Made by a program: the position numbers and the translations under genes
In this document: positions 22,110 to 33,026 of the stretch, one piece after another
Numbering within the stretch: position 1 is the stretch's first letter
Layout of the letters: the number at the start of each line of letters is the position of its first letter
Notes under the pieces: generated by a model
What the model was told of the DNA's origin: nothing
Seen by the model: only the letters and a program-made list of their open reading frames with translations
Database searches by the model: none
From: Nitrospirota bacterium
GTDB lineage: Bacteria > Nitrospirota > Thermodesulfovibrionia > Thermodesulfovibrionales > Dissulfurispiraceae
Direction of reading: 5' to 3'
Length of the DNA: 64,000 bases
NCBI GenBank assembly: GCA_963710375.1
Contig: CAVPZX010000004.1
Location: 224,001-288,000 of the forward strand

Positions 22110-22865
22110 ATGAAAAGACCGAGGGCGGCTTTTTTTGATTTTGCATGCTGTGAGGGGTGTCAGCTCCAGGTTGCCAACATGGGCGAGACGTTGCTGGATG
22201 TTCTGGACCTGGTCGATGTGGCGGAGTTCCGTGAGGTGATGTCCGAGCGTTGGGACGGCCCGCTTGATGTTGCAATAATTGAAGGTAGCATTACCAACCA
22301 GCATGCTGTTGAACGGATAAAACAGATACGGGACAGGGCGGTGGTACTGGTTGCATACGGCTCGTGCGCTACGATCGGAGGTGTGAACGGTATAAAAAAC
22401 GGCTTTGACCTTGAGGATATTCGGCGTTACGTTTACGGGGCTGACTACCGGTCCTTCCCCAGTGCAAAGACCCGGGCTGTGCACCAGGTGGTGCGGGTTG
22501 ATTATTTCGTAAACGGATGTCCGGTCTATATACCTGAATTTGTTGGGGTGCTGAAAGCGATCTTGAAGGGCATAGCCTATAATGTTCCCGATTACGCTGT
22601 TTGCGTGGAATGCAAAATGAATGAAAATGTCTGCATGTACGACAGGGGAGTGACCTGCCTTGGGCCGGTAACAAAGGCCGGTTGCAATTCGTGGTGCATT
22701 AATAATGGAAATATATGCTACGGCTGCAGGGGAATGCTGAGTAAGCCGAACGAGAAGGGAGCACAGGATGTGCTACGCAAGTACGGCATTCCTCTGGATA
22801 TGGTCATCAAGAAGATGGACATGTACAACGTTTGCAGGGAGTTGGATAAGAATGAACAAGCGTAG
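22110..22865 (+). CDS. [NiFe]-hydrogenase small (delta) subunit
   Basis: CCEGC, EGS, GSCA..GG, GCP, CLGPVT.AGC, CYGCRG. Confidence 0.9.
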   Translation: MKRPRAAFFDFACCEGCQLQVANMGETLLDVLDLVDVAEFREVMSERWDGPLDVAIIEGSITNQHAVERIKQIRDRAVVLVAYGSCATIGGVNGIKNGFDLEDIRRYVYGADYRSFPSAKTRAVHQVVRVDYFVNGCPVYIPEFVGVLKAILKGIAYNVPDYAVCVECKMNENVCMYDRGVTCLGPVTKAGCNSWCINNGNICYGCRGMLSKPNEKGAQDVLRKYGIPLDMVIKKMDMYNVCRELDKNEQA

Positions 22866-24189
22866 CGTGAATATCAATGTGGAATATTTAACAAGAGTCG
22901 AGGGACACGGCAATATCGTGGTCAACGTGAAAGAGGGAAGGATGGAGGCCTGCCGACTCGATATTGTCGAGGCTCCGCGTTTTTTTGAAGGTATCCTCAG
23001 GGGGCGGTCAGTTTTCGAAGCCCAGCACATTACATCACGGATATGCGGCATCTGCTCCTGCGGACACACGCTGGCGTCGATCCAGGCTGCCGAGGACGCG
23101 CTGGGGATTACTCCCTCTGACCAGACGGTGAGGCTGAGAAAACTCCTTCTGCATTTAGAGATGCTCGACAGCCACATTCTGCATATTTACCTACTTGCGG
23201 CACCCGATTTGCTGGGTGTTAAAAGTTTTGTACCGATGATTGACAGTCATTCAAAGGTTGTCCGCAGGGCTTTAAGGATGAAGAAGACCTGCAATGAAGT
23301 TTGTACCATACTGGTGGGCCGCCATGTTCATCCCATATCCGCCATAGTGGGCGGTTTTACAAAACTACCCGGCGAGCCTGACCTCGATGACATGCTTGAC
23401 CTACTGCGGGGAATGAGACCTGACATTAATGCTACAGTCGAGCTGGCGGCCTCGCTGAAATTTCCGGAATTTGAACGCGATACAGAATATGTTGCATTGG
23501 TCAGTGATGATGGCGAATACCCGTTCCTTATGGGCGATATCGGCTCGACGGACGGCGTCAGAATGAACAAGCGGGATTATAGGAAGGCGACCAATGAATT
23601 TATCGTGGCCCACTCTTCTGCAAAACATACAAAACTTAGCCGGGATTCATACGCAGTGGGCTCCCTTGCGCGATTTAACCTGAATTATGAAAAACTTCAT
23701 CCCAAAGCCAGGAATGTTGCCGCTGCCATAAACCTCAAGCCGAAGTGCATCAATCCTTACCTGAATACAGCAGCACAGCTTATTGAATCGGTACACTGTC
23801 TCGAAGAAGCTATCGGGATATTGGAATATTTTAAGAGTCATGGCATTAATTACGATGAAGTAATGCTAGTCGGGTTGAATGAACAATCGAAGATTCCGGT
23901 AAAGGCCGGCAGCGGGGTGGGCGCCGTGGAAGTGCCGCGCGGCGTGCTGTTCCATCAATACGATATAGATGAAAAGGGCGTTATAATAAATGCCAACTGC
24001 ATTATCCCCACAAACCAGAACCTCAACAATATTGAGCGTGATATGGTGAAACTTGTTCCGGAAATTATTACCGGAACTGATGACGAAATAACGCTTGGCC
24101 TCGAGATGCTGGTAAGGGCATACGACCCGTGCATCTCCTGCTCAACGCATATGCTGAATGTGGAATTCAAAAACCGTGCGGCACTATAA
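22852..24189 (+). CDS. [NiFe]-hydrogenase large (alpha) subunit, group 3b-type
   Basis: TRVEGHG, L1 RICGICS, L2 DPCISCSTH plus C-terminal extension. Confidence 0.93.
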   Translation: MNKRSVNINVEYLTRVEGHGNIVVNVKEGRMEACRLDIVEAPRFFEGILRGRSVFEAQHITSRICGICSCGHTLASIQAAEDALGITPSDQTVRLRKLLLHLEMLDSHILHIYLLAAPDLLGVKSFVPMIDSHSKVVRRALRMKKTCNEVCTILVGRHVHPISAIVGGFTKLPGEPDLDDMLDLLRGMRPDINATVELAASLKFPEFERDTEYVALVSDDGEYPFLMGDIGSTDGVRMNKRDYRKATNEFIVAHSSAKHTKLSRDSYAVGSLARFNLNYEKLHPKARNVAAAINLKPKCINPYLNTAAQLIESVHCLEEAIGILEYFKSHGINYDEVMLVGLNEQSKIPVKAGSGVGAVEVPRGVLFHQYDIDEKGVIINANCIIPTNQNLNNIERDMVKLVPEIITGTDDEITLGLEMLVRAYDPCISCSTHMLNVEFKNRAAL

Positions 24190-24427
24190 GTAGTTTCAAC
24201 TCGTCGAAGAATAAATGCTCCACTTCTCCTGCTTTCCCTATTATGTTAGGTGCAACTTTTTTTGCTCCTGCCACTAAGGGCGACATGCTGTCTATGTTGT
24301 TCAACTCATTGATTATTTGTATTTTCATTATTGAATAGGTGATTACTGTAAATATTTGTTGACAGCAACGGACTAAATGTATTATCGACAGTCAACATCT
24401 CGAAAGGCTTTTGAGGTCTCAAAAAAT

Positions 24428-24514
24428 GTCATTTAGAAAGAGGCGAAGTAATTTCGTACTTGCTAACAAGTTGATTTCTAAAGATTGCCTGGTCGCTCCA
24501 CTCACCGCAATGGC
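24428..24514. repeat. Degenerate GTCATT...GCAATG palindromic intergenic repeat
   Basis: GTCATT...GCGAAGTAATTT...AGATTGCCTGGTCGCT...CGCAATGGC; decayed hairpin architecture. Confidence 0.35.
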
Positions 24515-24650
24515 ATTGTAACATACTGTTTGTTGTAGGCACATCCTTTTTATAGGTTAATCAGGCATTTTTTTTGCAACCTTTAATGTCTGAATGGGAC
24601 CTCTAAAAAAACAGTGATAACTATAATGGTTAGGGGAGCGGGACTCAGAG

Positions 24651-25601
24651 ATGTCACTTAATGATCTTACTGCTGTAGTGGTCGATGATACTGAAGAATG
24701 CCGCACCTTAATCGAAGAAGTAACAAGGATGGCCGGTTTTAAGGTATCAAGTTTCTCGTGTCCGTTAGAGGCTTTGAACTACGTGGCTGAGCATCAGATA
24801 GACATGGTTTTCACGGACTTCAGGATGCCGAAAATGGATGGCCTGACCTTTATGCGGGAAGCGCGCAAGTTACACCGTGATATACCTATTTTTATTATAA
24901 CGGGGGAGCCTAACGCTAAAGAACTGAAGGACCTTTCGCTGGAGGACCCAGCCTCGGAATTATTTGTCAAACCATTTTCTCCTCTGGATTTCTTGGAGCG
25001 GGTAAAACCTCTGGCCCTGCGCCGTCAGTTCATTAAATTTATTGGCGCGTACCGCCTGAAAGAGAACGTATTCGAGAACCACTGCGTACGGGTAGGACTA
25101 TACTCGAAAATTATAGCAGCCGGGTTGAACTGGGACAAAAATGAGCAGGATTTGATCTATCACGCTGCCCAGTCGCATGACATAGGCATGATCAGCATCC
25201 CGGACCATATTTTCTTTAAGTCGGAACGACTGACGCGCGACGAAATGGAGATGGTCAGGAAGCACAGCAGCATTGGCTCCAGTATACTGCCAAAGAACTC
25301 GAACCCCTATTTTGCGACAGCTTCCATCGTTTCGCTGACGCACCACGAGAGGGTCAACGGCAGCGGCTACCCGTCCGGACTTGCAGGAGATGCTATTTCG
25401 GTCTACGGAAGGATTACTGCCCTGTCCGATGTTTTCGACGTTCTGACGTCCACAAGGCCTTATAAGGCAGCATGGGACTTCAAAAAATCGCTCTCTTTTG
25501 TCAGCGACAACAGGGACATGAATTTTGATCCCGTGCTAGTCAACGTTTTTGTCAGGAATGTCAACAGAATAGAGGAGATTTACACCAGACTCGCGGACTG
25601 A
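24651..25601 (+). CDS. Response regulator with HD-GYP c-di-GMP phosphodiesterase domain
   Basis: REC (VVDD, TDFRMPKMDG, KPF), HDIG, HHERVNGSGYP, DVFD..RPYK. Confidence 0.9.
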   Translation: MSLNDLTAVVVDDTEECRTLIEEVTRMAGFKVSSFSCPLEALNYVAEHQIDMVFTDFRMPKMDGLTFMREARKLHRDIPIFIITGEPNAKELKDLSLEDPASELFVKPFSPLDFLERVKPLALRRQFIKFIGAYRLKENVFENHCVRVGLYSKIIAAGLNWDKNEQDLIYHAAQSHDIGMISIPDHIFFKSERLTRDEMEMVRKHSSIGSSILPKNSNPYFATASIVSLTHHERVNGSGYPSGLAGDAISVYGRITALSDVFDVLTSTRPYKAAWDFKKSLSFVSDNRDMNFDPVLVNVFVRNVNRIEEIYTRLAD

Positions 25602-25657
25602 AGCACCGGAATATATATATGATAATTTTACAATCTCTTTGATAAGGAGGAACATGT

Positions 25658-26026
25658 ATGAAGGTAGGTATATTTTTTTCTCTTGGTGGAGAAATTATCT
25701 CGGATTCAGTACATGTCGAAGACGGCGAGGCTGTTGGTGACGCAATTCAGTACGGGAACCACTATGAGTTCTGGAAGGCACTTAAACCGAGGACATCCAC
25801 GGAGCATTCATTCAAAGTATGGCCCTATTATGCATTTCCGCGCGGTAAAGTTGTTTGCATACCAGGAGAGCGTGTGTGTCGCATTTATGCAGACCCCTGT
25901 CTGAAACGCAGGGATATCGCATCAGTCATAAAGCACTTTGGCAACAGAGACTTTGCAATAGAGGTCAAAAATGACAAGCAATATCAATGCGCCAAATGCA
26001 ACAAATATTTTGCTCTTGTCGCCTAA
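25658..26026 (+). CDS. Hypothetical protein (FPRG motif, C-terminal CxxC)
   Basis: Good SD AAGGAGG; 122 aa. Confidence 0.7.
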   Translation: MKVGIFFSLGGEIISDSVHVEDGEAVGDAIQYGNHYEFWKALKPRTSTEHSFKVWPYYAFPRGKVVCIPGERVCRIYADPCLKRRDIASVIKHFGNRDFAIEVKNDKQYQCAKCNKYFALVA

Positions 26027-26089
26027 CCAGCACTCCGGTAGATAACCTGCCCCTGCCGCTACCATCCTTATGCCACAACCCAGCTTAAA

Positions 26090-26118
26090 TTGACAAAGCT
26101 CAGGGGTTAAGTTAAACT
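26090..26118 (+). promoter_or_regulatory. sigma70 promoter of tig-clpPX
   Basis: TTGACA-17-TAAACT. Confidence 0.65.
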
Positions 26119-26163
26119 AAAATGTTACATATCAAGCACTAATTGCAGAAGGAGAATTGTAAA

Positions 26164-27405
26164 TTGTTAAAGGCACTTGAAGACATATCATCAACCAAAA
26201 AACGGCTCAAAATAGAAATTCCGGCTGATTCCATAGAAGGTGAAATCAGGAAAGGTCTCATGGATGCTCAGAAGAAGGCAAAATTTCCGGGTTTTAGGCA
26301 AGGCAAGGCGCCGATGACGCTGGTCGAGAAGAAATTCAGCAAGGATATCGAGACGGAAGTTTTGAAAAACATGGTTTCTGAATATTATCTGCAGGCGGTC
26401 AAGGAGGCTGACATAAAACCGGTTTCGCGGCCTGCCTTGGAAGAATCTTTTGATTTTAAGAGGAATTCGGATCTTTCTATGACCATGACGGTAGAGGTCA
26501 TGCCTCAAATAGACAACCTGTCGTATGAGAATATACCTGTCAAGAATGTTCCGGTCGAAATAACGGACGAGGAAGTAGACACCGTTATGAGCAATCTTGC
26601 TGACGAGCGGGCAACCTATGAAGCATCGGACAGTCCGATACAGGCAGGTGACCTGGTGACTATTGATTATACTGTCAGGGAGGACAACGCTTTAGTCAAA
26701 GACGTGGTCCTCAAAGTCGGCAGTGGCCCCTACCCAAAGGAGTTTTTTGACGGTCTCGAGGGCAGAAAGAAGGATGACGAGATCGAAATTGAAGCCGCTT
26801 TTCCAGAGGACATGCAATCACCCTATGCCGGTAAAAAACACTCTTTTATCATCAAGATCAGAGAGGTGAAAAAAAAGACAATCCCTGCTCTTGATGACGA
26901 ATTTGCAAAGGATATAGGGCTTGAGAACCTGGAGCAGGTGAAAGAAAGGGTCAGGGGAAATCTCTTAAATGCCAAAAACGGACAGGCTGAAAAGGCCATG
27001 CAGCGTGAAATCCTCGACAAGCTGCTTGACGCCCATCAGTTTGAAATTCCGGAAAGCATGCTTAATCACGAGCTTGCCGGCATTATAAGCGAAATACGGG
27101 CATCTGGAAAAGATGACAGGTCCGATGAGGCGTTGATTCAAGAATTAAGGCCTGGCGCCGAAAAGAGTGTTAAGGCGTCCGTTCTATTGGAAATGATCGG
27201 AGAAAAGGAAGGGACAGCTGTTTCAGAAGATGAAGTCAGGGAGGAAATTGCGGCTATGGCGCAAAGATTTCGTATTACTCCTGAAAACATTATAAAATAT
27301 TATGTAACCAGAGACGGCTCGCTGGAGGGATTGCGGCATTCCCTTTTTGAGAGAAAGGTCCTTGCACTTCTGCTTGCCAAAGCTAAAATTGAAAAAGGAG
27401 ACTAA
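26164..27405 (+). CDS. tig: Trigger factor
   Basis: PGFRQGKAP ribosome-binding motif; upstream of clpP. Confidence 0.93.
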   Translation: MLKALEDISSTKKRLKIEIPADSIEGEIRKGLMDAQKKAKFPGFRQGKAPMTLVEKKFSKDIETEVLKNMVSEYYLQAVKEADIKPVSRPALEESFDFKRNSDLSMTMTVEVMPQIDNLSYENIPVKNVPVEITDEEVDTVMSNLADERATYEASDSPIQAGDLVTIDYTVREDNALVKDVVLKVGSGPYPKEFFDGLEGRKKDDEIEIEAAFPEDMQSPYAGKKHSFIIKIREVKKKTIPALDDEFAKDIGLENLEQVKERVRGNLLNAKNGQAEKAMQREILDKLLDAHQFEIPESMLNHELAGIISEIRASGKDDRSDEALIQELRPGAEKSVKASVLLEMIGEKEGTAVSEDEVREEIAAMAQRFRITPENIIKYYVTRDGSLEGLRHSLFERKVLALLLAKAKIEKGD

Positions 27406-27408
27406 GGG

Positions 27409-28011
27409 ATGAGCATAGTTCCAATTGTAATTGAACAGACCGGGCGGACCGAGAGGGTATATGACATATATTCAAGACTGCTTAAGGACAGGATAATTTT
27501 TATTGGGATGCCTATAGATGACAACGTAGCAAATGTGGTTATTGCTCAGCTGCTCTTTCTGCAGACTGAAGACCCTGAGAAAGATATCCATATATATATC
27601 AATTCACCAGGCGGTGTTGTTTCTGCGGGCCTGGCAATGTACGATACCATGCAGTTTGTAAAGCCGGACATTGCAACTTACTGCATTGGCCAGGCCGCGA
27701 GCATGGGCGCGCTGCTTTTATGCGCCGGCACAAAGGGCAAGCGTTTTGCACTGCCCCATTCGAGGATTATGATTCATCAGCCTACTGCGGGATTTTATGG
27801 ACAGGCAACGGACATAGAAATCCAGGCCAAAGAGATTTTGAAAATGAAAGAGACACTGAACAATATTATGGCTAACCATACCGGACAGTCGTATGAGAAG
27901 GTCCATGACGATACCGAGAGAGATTATTTTATGTCTGGGGATGATGCCAAGGCATACGGCATTGTGGATGAGGTAATAGATTCGGCTAAACTTAAAAAGA
28001 AGGACCAATAG
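27409..28011 (+). CDS. clpP: ATP-dependent Clp protease proteolytic subunit
   Basis: [29 protein letters not shown]. Confidence 0.98.
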   Translation: MSIVPIVIEQTGRTERVYDIYSRLLKDRIIFIGMPIDDNVANVVIAQLLFLQTEDPEKDIHIYINSPGGVVSAGLAMYDTMQFVKPDIATYCIGQAASMGALLLCAGTKGKRFALPHSRIMIHQPTAGFYGQATDIEIQAKEILKMKETLNNIMANHTGQSYEKVHDDTERDYFMSGDDAKAYGIVDEVIDSAKLKKKDQ

Positions 28012-28059
28012 TCGGTCGATAACTGTTCGTTGTGAACGGTTGACGGAGTCGGAGGTTTT

Positions 28060-29298
28060 ATGGCACGGAAGATTAATGACGCGCTGCTTAAATGCTCTTT
28101 TTGCGGCAAGGGACAGGATGAGGTCAAGAAGCTTATTGCCGGTCCTACGGTTTATATTTGTGACGAGTGTGTCGGGCTATGCAATGAGATAATAGATGAG
28201 GAGTTGCATGTTCTCGATAAAGATTTTTCGAGGAAGCTTCCTGCCCCAAGCGAGATACATAAATTTTTGAACGATTATGTGATAGGACAGGAAAAGGCAA
28301 AAAGGGTGCTGTCCGTTGCTGTTCACAACCATTATAAAAGGATATTCCGGGGCTCTAAATCCGATGTTGAGCTTCAGAAAAGCAACATTCTGCTGATAGG
28401 CCCGACAGGAACGGGAAAGACGCTCCTTGCGCAGATACTTGCCAGGTTCCTCGATGTGCCCTTCACCATAGCTGATGCGACAACGCTGACCGAGGCAGGC
28501 TATGTAGGCGAGGATGTTGAAAATGTGCTCCTGAAATTACTGCAGGCAGCCGACTATGATGTGGAACGGGCCCAGAGGGGAATCATCTATATCGACGAGA
28601 TAGATAAGATAAGCAGGAAATCGGACAGCCCTTCAATAACGAGAGATGTATCAGGAGAGGGTGTCCAGCAGGCGCTTCTCAAGATAATCGAAGGCACTGT
28701 AGCCAATATCCCCCCGCAAGGCGGCAGAAAGCATCCTCAGCAGGAATACATACAGCTCGACACCTCTAACATCCTCTTTATGTGCGGCGGTGCATTTGTG
28801 GGGCTTAATGACATTATAGAGCGCAGGACGGGCAAAGGGAGAATAGGCTTCGGGTCCGGGGTGGTTGTCAAAAAAGACAAGGGAGCGGATGTGCTCGGCC
28901 TTGTTGAACCTGAGGACCTGATGCGCTACGGACTTATCCCAGAATTCGTAGGCCGTCTGCCTGTTATCGCAACTCTGGTGGAGCTGGATGAGGCCGCGCT
29001 GATAACGATATTGACTCAGCCCAAAAATGCGTTGGTAAAGCAGTACCAGAAACTATTTATGATGGACAATGTGAGGCTGAAATTTACCGATGGGGCGCTT
29101 GCCGCCATAGCGAAGAAAGCCGTTGAGAGAAAAACCGGCGCTCGCGGTCTAAGGGCTATCCTTGAAGACGTAATGCTTGATGTGATGTACGAGATACCCT
29201 CAAAGAGGGGTGTTGCAGAGTGTATTATAAACGAGGAGGCCATCTCACAGAAGGACCGGGCTATTCTCGTGTACGAAGATCAGGCTGAATCGGCATAA
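28060..29298 (+). CDS. clpX: Clp protease ATP-binding subunit ClpX
   Basis: CSFC...CDEC Zn finger, [19 protein letters not shown]. Confidence 0.98.
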   Translation: MARKINDALLKCSFCGKGQDEVKKLIAGPTVYICDECVGLCNEIIDEELHVLDKDFSRKLPAPSEIHKFLNDYVIGQEKAKRVLSVAVHNHYKRIFRGSKSDVELQKSNILLIGPTGTGKTLLAQILARFLDVPFTIADATTLTEAGYVGEDVENVLLKLLQAADYDVERAQRGIIYIDEIDKISRKSDSPSITRDVSGEGVQQALLKIIEGTVANIPPQGGRKHPQQEYIQLDTSNILFMCGGAFVGLNDIIERRTGKGRIGFGSGVVVKKDKGADVLGLVEPEDLMRYGLIPEFVGRLPVIATLVELDEAALITILTQPKNALVKQYQKLFMMDNVRLKFTDGALAAIAKKAVERKTGARGLRAILEDVMLDVMYEIPSKRGVAECIINEEAISQKDRAILVYEDQAESA

Positions 29299-29306
29299 AT
29301 TAGAGT

Positions 29307-29391
29307 GAGCAGTTGGCAGAAAGCAGTAAATGACATACCTTATACAGACGATTTAACTTGTAGCTTGCTTTTCTTACTGCCTATTGCTTAC
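29307..29391. repeat. Degenerate inverted heptamer repeat (GCAG.. / ..CTGC) hairpin
   Basis: GAGCAGTTGGCAGAAAGCAGTAA ... TTACTGCCTATTGCTTAC between convergent clpX and DUF721 gene. Confidence 0.5.
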
Positions 29392-29852
29392 TTGTCCTTC
29401 AGCAGTGCTTTTTCGAGCACGTTTCTTATGCTGTCCTGTACTCCGGGGTCATTTACCGCCGCGAGGGTTTGATCTATCCATTCGACATCTGCATCGGCAA
29501 GTGTTTTTTGGGGTTGAGAAGTTTGCTCACAGTTGTTCATGCCTGGCTGAATACCGGAGTGCTTGAAGCGTGACGGATTTGTCCTGCCATGCCTGAAGTC
29601 GATGGCATTTATCCCGTATGCCTCAAGTTTCTTCAGAATAGCCTGTTTAAAAAACTTCAGTTGCTGCAGCCACAGGGGAGAATCGACATTGACCACAAGC
29701 ACGCCATTATTGAGGCTTACCGGATAGATATGCACTGAGAGCGGTTCATCAAACAGCGTGGCCCATTCCCTTTGCAAACGAGCGAGAGTCAGACCGTCTT
29801 CCATGCCGATATTTTTGAAAATAGAGGCTAAGATCGATCCGGCGTTTTCCAC
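29388..29852 (-). CDS. DUF721/DciA-like protein
   Basis: L..W...., P..L.NGVLVVNVDSPLWLQQLKF pattern. Confidence 0.7.
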   Translation of the reverse strand: MENAGSILASIFKNIGMEDGLTLARLQREWATLFDEPLSVHIYPVSLNNGVLVVNVDSPLWLQQLKFFKQAILKKLEAYGINAIDFRHGRTNPSRFKHSGIQPGMNNCEQTSQPQKTLADADVEWIDQTLAAVNDPGVQDSIRNVLEKALLKDK

Positions 29853-29856
29853 GCAG

Positions 29857-30045
29857 CTATGTTGCTTTGACTACTTTCCTGGAGCGAATGCATCTGGTAC
29901 AAACATATGACCTTTTACTGCCGCTGTCTGTAACAATCTTGATTTTCTGGATGTTCGGCATAATTGTACGCTTTGTTCTATTATTAGCGTGGCTTACATT
30001 ATTTCCGACGGCTCTTTGCTTGCCACAAATTGAACAGGCTGCCAT
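29857..30045 (-). CDS. rpmB: 50S ribosomal protein L28
   Basis: CSICGK...GNNVSHANNRTKR...PN...VCTRCIRS. Confidence 0.96.
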   Translation of the reverse strand: MAACSICGKQRAVGNNVSHANNRTKRTIMPNIQKIKIVTDSGSKRSYVCTRCIRSRKVVKAT

Positions 30046-30153
30046 GATCTTCCTCCTTTGTTCGTTGCATTAAAAAAGTCTTTTATGATAACATTTCAAG
30101 ACCAATGTTACAAGGTAAAATTAAAGTAAGAAGAATGGAAGGAGCATACGCGG

Positions 30154-32547
30154 ATGTCGGGCAGTGAGACAAAGAGCCTTGAACTTGCAAAGGAACTGGA
30201 TCTGAAGCCTTCTGAAGTTGTGAAGCGGGTTGAGCGGATCAGGGGTGTAGAATTTAAAAAAGGCACTTCGAATGTAAAGATCACCGCTGAAGAAGCGGCT
30301 AAGATCAGGGCTCAAGAAGCGGGTAAAGCGGCGGAGTTAGCCGGTAAGAAGAAAAAAGCTCCGGAAGTGCGCGAAAGACCCTCTGCAGAGACCCAGCCTA
30401 AGAAAAAGCCTGAGGGCGGTGCGCCAAAGGCGGAACCTGTTAAAAAGAAAGTTCACAAGGCCCATGAGCCTGCAGTGGCTGACCTTGAAAAGCCCACTGA
30501 GAGCAAACAAGAAGTGTATGCAGAGGTGGAGGCAGAGGAAGTGGGTTTGGCTGTAGCTGCACCTCCTGTTGCTGCTGAAGAGGATGAAGAGGTTAAAGTT
30601 CCTGACCGGTTCAAGAAAGAGATAGAAGTAGAAAAGGTCGAAAAGATCAAGGTCAAGCCGACAATGCAGAAGGCCTTCCAGGCAATAAAGAAGATCGAAC
30701 CGAAGAAATGGGTTGATCAGAAGTCGATGAAAAGGCCGAAGGACAGGATGAGGAGGCCCGAGGCTGAGCAGCAACCACAGATCACTGCGCCAAGAAAGAA
30801 ATCGATCAAGTTTGAAGAAGGGACAACGGTCAAGGCGTTTGCTGAACTGATAGGACTTAAAATACCTGATGTGATAAAGAAACTAATGGAACTTGGGTAT
30901 ATGGCAACCGTTAACCAGCCGATTGATTCCGATGCGGCACTCCTTGTTGCCGACAGCTTCGGGATAAAGGCCGAATCGGTGTCCGCCGAACAGTTCGATG
31001 TTGTGGAAGAGGCTGCTGAAAATGCTGTCAACCGTATTTTCCGTCCACCGGTTGTTACAATAATGGGCCACGTCGATCATGGAAAGACCTCACTGCTGGA
31101 TGCGATAAGAGAAACTAAAGTGACAGAAACGGAAGCCGGCGGTATTACGCAGCACATTGGCGCATACAAGGTTTCGCTTCAGGGTAAAGATATTACGTTC
31201 CTTGACACCCCAGGTCACGAGGCCTTTACCGCCTTGAGGGCAAGGGGGGCAAAAGTGACGGACATCGTTGTTCTGGTTGTTGCTGCGGATGACGGCGTTA
31301 TGCCCCAGACTATTGAGGCTATAGACCATTCAAAGGCGGCGAATGTGCCTATTGTCGTTGCCATAAATAAAATAGACAAACCGGAAGCGAACCAGACCAG
31401 GGTCAGGAATGAACTTGCCGAACACGGCGTGGTGTCCGAGGAGTGGGGCGGTCAGAATATTTTTGTAGAAGTCTCGGCCAAGAAACGTATCGGCATTGAG
31501 CACTTGCTTGAAATGATCCTGTTGCAGTCCGAAGTGATGGAGCTCAAGGCCAACCCTAATAAACCCGCCCGCGGCACGATCATCGAAGCGAAGCTTGACA
31601 GGGGCCGGGGACCGGTGGCAACGGTGCTTATTCAGTCTGGCACATTAAAAATAGGAGATGCCTTTGTTGCAGGGGCCGCATCAGGCAGGGTCAGGGCGCT
31701 TATTAACGACACAGGGAAAAAGATCCAGGAAGCGCTCCCTTCGACACCTGTCGAGGTTATCGGTTTTTCTGAAGTCCCGACTGCAGGCGATGTTTTTACC
31801 TGCGTGGAGGATGAAAAGAGGGCCCGCCAGGTGGCCCTTGCACGTTCGCAGAAGCAGCGTCTTGTCGAAATATCGCGTCACAGGAAACTAACTCTAGATG
31901 AGCTTTATGCCAGGATAAAAGAAGGGCAGATAAGAGAGCTGAACATCATTATTAAAGGCGATGTCCAGGGCTCTGTTGAAGCTCTCAAGCAATCACTAGA
32001 GGGTATTACACATGCCGAAGTAAAAGTGCGGGTCATCCATTCATCTGTTGGCGGTATCAATGAATCCGATGTGATGCTTGCTGCGGCCTCAAATGCCATC
32101 ATTATAGGGTTCAATGTTCGCCCGGAACTGAAGGCATCCCAGACAGCGGAAAAAGAAGGGGTCGACATAAGGCTTTACAATATCATCTATGAAGCCATTG
32201 AGGATGTAAAGAAGGCGCTGGAAGGGCTCCTCGAGCCTATGCTCAGGGAAAAGGTCCTGGGCAGGGCCGAAGTGAGACAGCTTTTCCATGTCTCCAGGAT
32301 AGGCACGATTGCGGGCTGTCATGTGATCGATGGGGCCATCCACCGCGCCAGCGACGGGATAAGGGTCATCAGAGACAATATCGTTGTCTACGAGGGGAAG
32401 ATCGACTCGTTGAAAAGATTCAAAGAGGATACGAAGGAAGTGCAGACAGGGTATGACTGCGGCATCACTATAGAGAATTTCAATGATCTTAAAATCGGCG
32501 ACATCCTAGAAAATTACATTATAGAAAGAATAGCGGCGAAACTATAA
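30154..32547 (+). CDS. infB: Translation initiation factor IF-2
   Basis: [39 protein letters not shown]. Confidence 0.98.
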   Translation: MSGSETKSLELAKELDLKPSEVVKRVERIRGVEFKKGTSNVKITAEEAAKIRAQEAGKAAELAGKKKKAPEVRERPSAETQPKKKPEGGAPKAEPVKKKVHKAHEPAVADLEKPTESKQEVYAEVEAEEVGLAVAAPPVAAEEDEEVKVPDRFKKEIEVEKVEKIKVKPTMQKAFQAIKKIEPKKWVDQKSMKRPKDRMRRPEAEQQPQITAPRKKSIKFEEGTTVKAFAELIGLKIPDVIKKLMELGYMATVNQPIDSDAALLVADSFGIKAESVSAEQFDVVEEAAENAVNRIFRPPVVTIMGHVDHGKTSLLDAIRETKVTETEAGGITQHIGAYKVSLQGKDITFLDTPGHEAFTALRARGAKVTDIVVLVVAADDGVMPQTIEAIDHSKAANVPIVVAINKIDKPEANQTRVRNELAEHGVVSEEWGGQNIFVEVSAKKRIGIEHLLEMILLQSEVMELKANPNKPARGTIIEAKLDRGRGPVATVLIQSGTLKIGDAFVAGAASGRVRALINDTGKKIQEALPSTPVEVIGFSEVPTAGDVFTCVEDEKRARQVALARSQKQRLVEISRHRKLTLDELYARIKEGQIRELNIIIKGDVQGSVEALKQSLEGITHAEVKVRVIHSSVGGINESDVMLAAASNAIIIGFNVRPELKASQTAEKEGVDIRLYNIIYEAIEDVKKALEGLLEPMLREKVLGRAEVRQLFHVSRIGTIAGCHVIDGAIHRASDGIRVIRDNIVVYEGKIDSLKRFKEDTKEVQTGYDCGITIENFNDLKIGDILENYIIERIAAKL

Positions 32548-32551
32548 GAAA

Positions 32552-32653
32552 CAGGTTAAGGCTGAGGTTAAGGCTAAGAAAAAAGCGAGGATATAAAGAA
32601 TAAGTATTACGGCAGCGCGTTTCTTTCTTAATCTTAACCTTGACCTTAACCTG
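32552..32653. repeat. Inverted tandem hexamer repeat hairpin
   Basis: CAGGTTAAGGCTGAGGTTAAGGCTAAGAAA ... TTTCTTAATCTTAACCTTGACCTTAACCTG between infB and rbfA. Confidence 0.8.
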
Positions 32654-32663
32654 CCTTTAAATC

Positions 32664-33026
32664 ATGCATCCATACAAAAGATCACAAAGATTAGGCATTC
32701 TGCTCAGGGAAGAAATCGCCGATATTCTTATGAAGAAGGTGAAAGATCCCCGTCTGGGATTTATCACCGTTACTGATGTAGAATTGTCCGAGGACTTGAA
32801 GATCGCACGGGTATTTATCAGTGTCTTGAAGGATGAGGACAAAGAACTGGCGCTTGAGATTCTGAATGCGGCAAAAGGGCTTATACGCAGCGAGGTGTCC
32901 AGAAGAGTGAGGGTGAAGTTCATACCGGTTATCGAGTTCAAGATTGATAAGTCTATCGCTCACGGAGACCGTATTGACCGGCTGCTTAGCGAGATAAGGG
33001 AAAAAGGGTATTCTGAAGATGAATGA
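32664..33026 (+). CDS. rbfA: Ribosome-binding factor A
   Basis: KDPRLGFITVTDVELSEDL; follows infB. Confidence 0.95.
   Translation: MHPYKRSQRLGILLREEIADILMKKVKDPRLGFITVTDVELSEDLKIARVFISVLKDEDKELALEILNAAKGLIRSEVSRRVRVKFIPVIEFKIDKSIAHGDRIDRLLSEIREKGYSEDE

Noticed and set aside
24121..24150. Possible [NiFeSe] hydrogenase given selC
   Set aside because: L2 motif is encoded with TGC codons (DPCISC); no in-frame TGA
24167..24328. 53-aa minus-strand ORF MKIQIINELNNIDSMSPLVAGAKK...
   Set aside because: No clear SD or motif and overlaps the hydrogenase 3' end; cannot be supported
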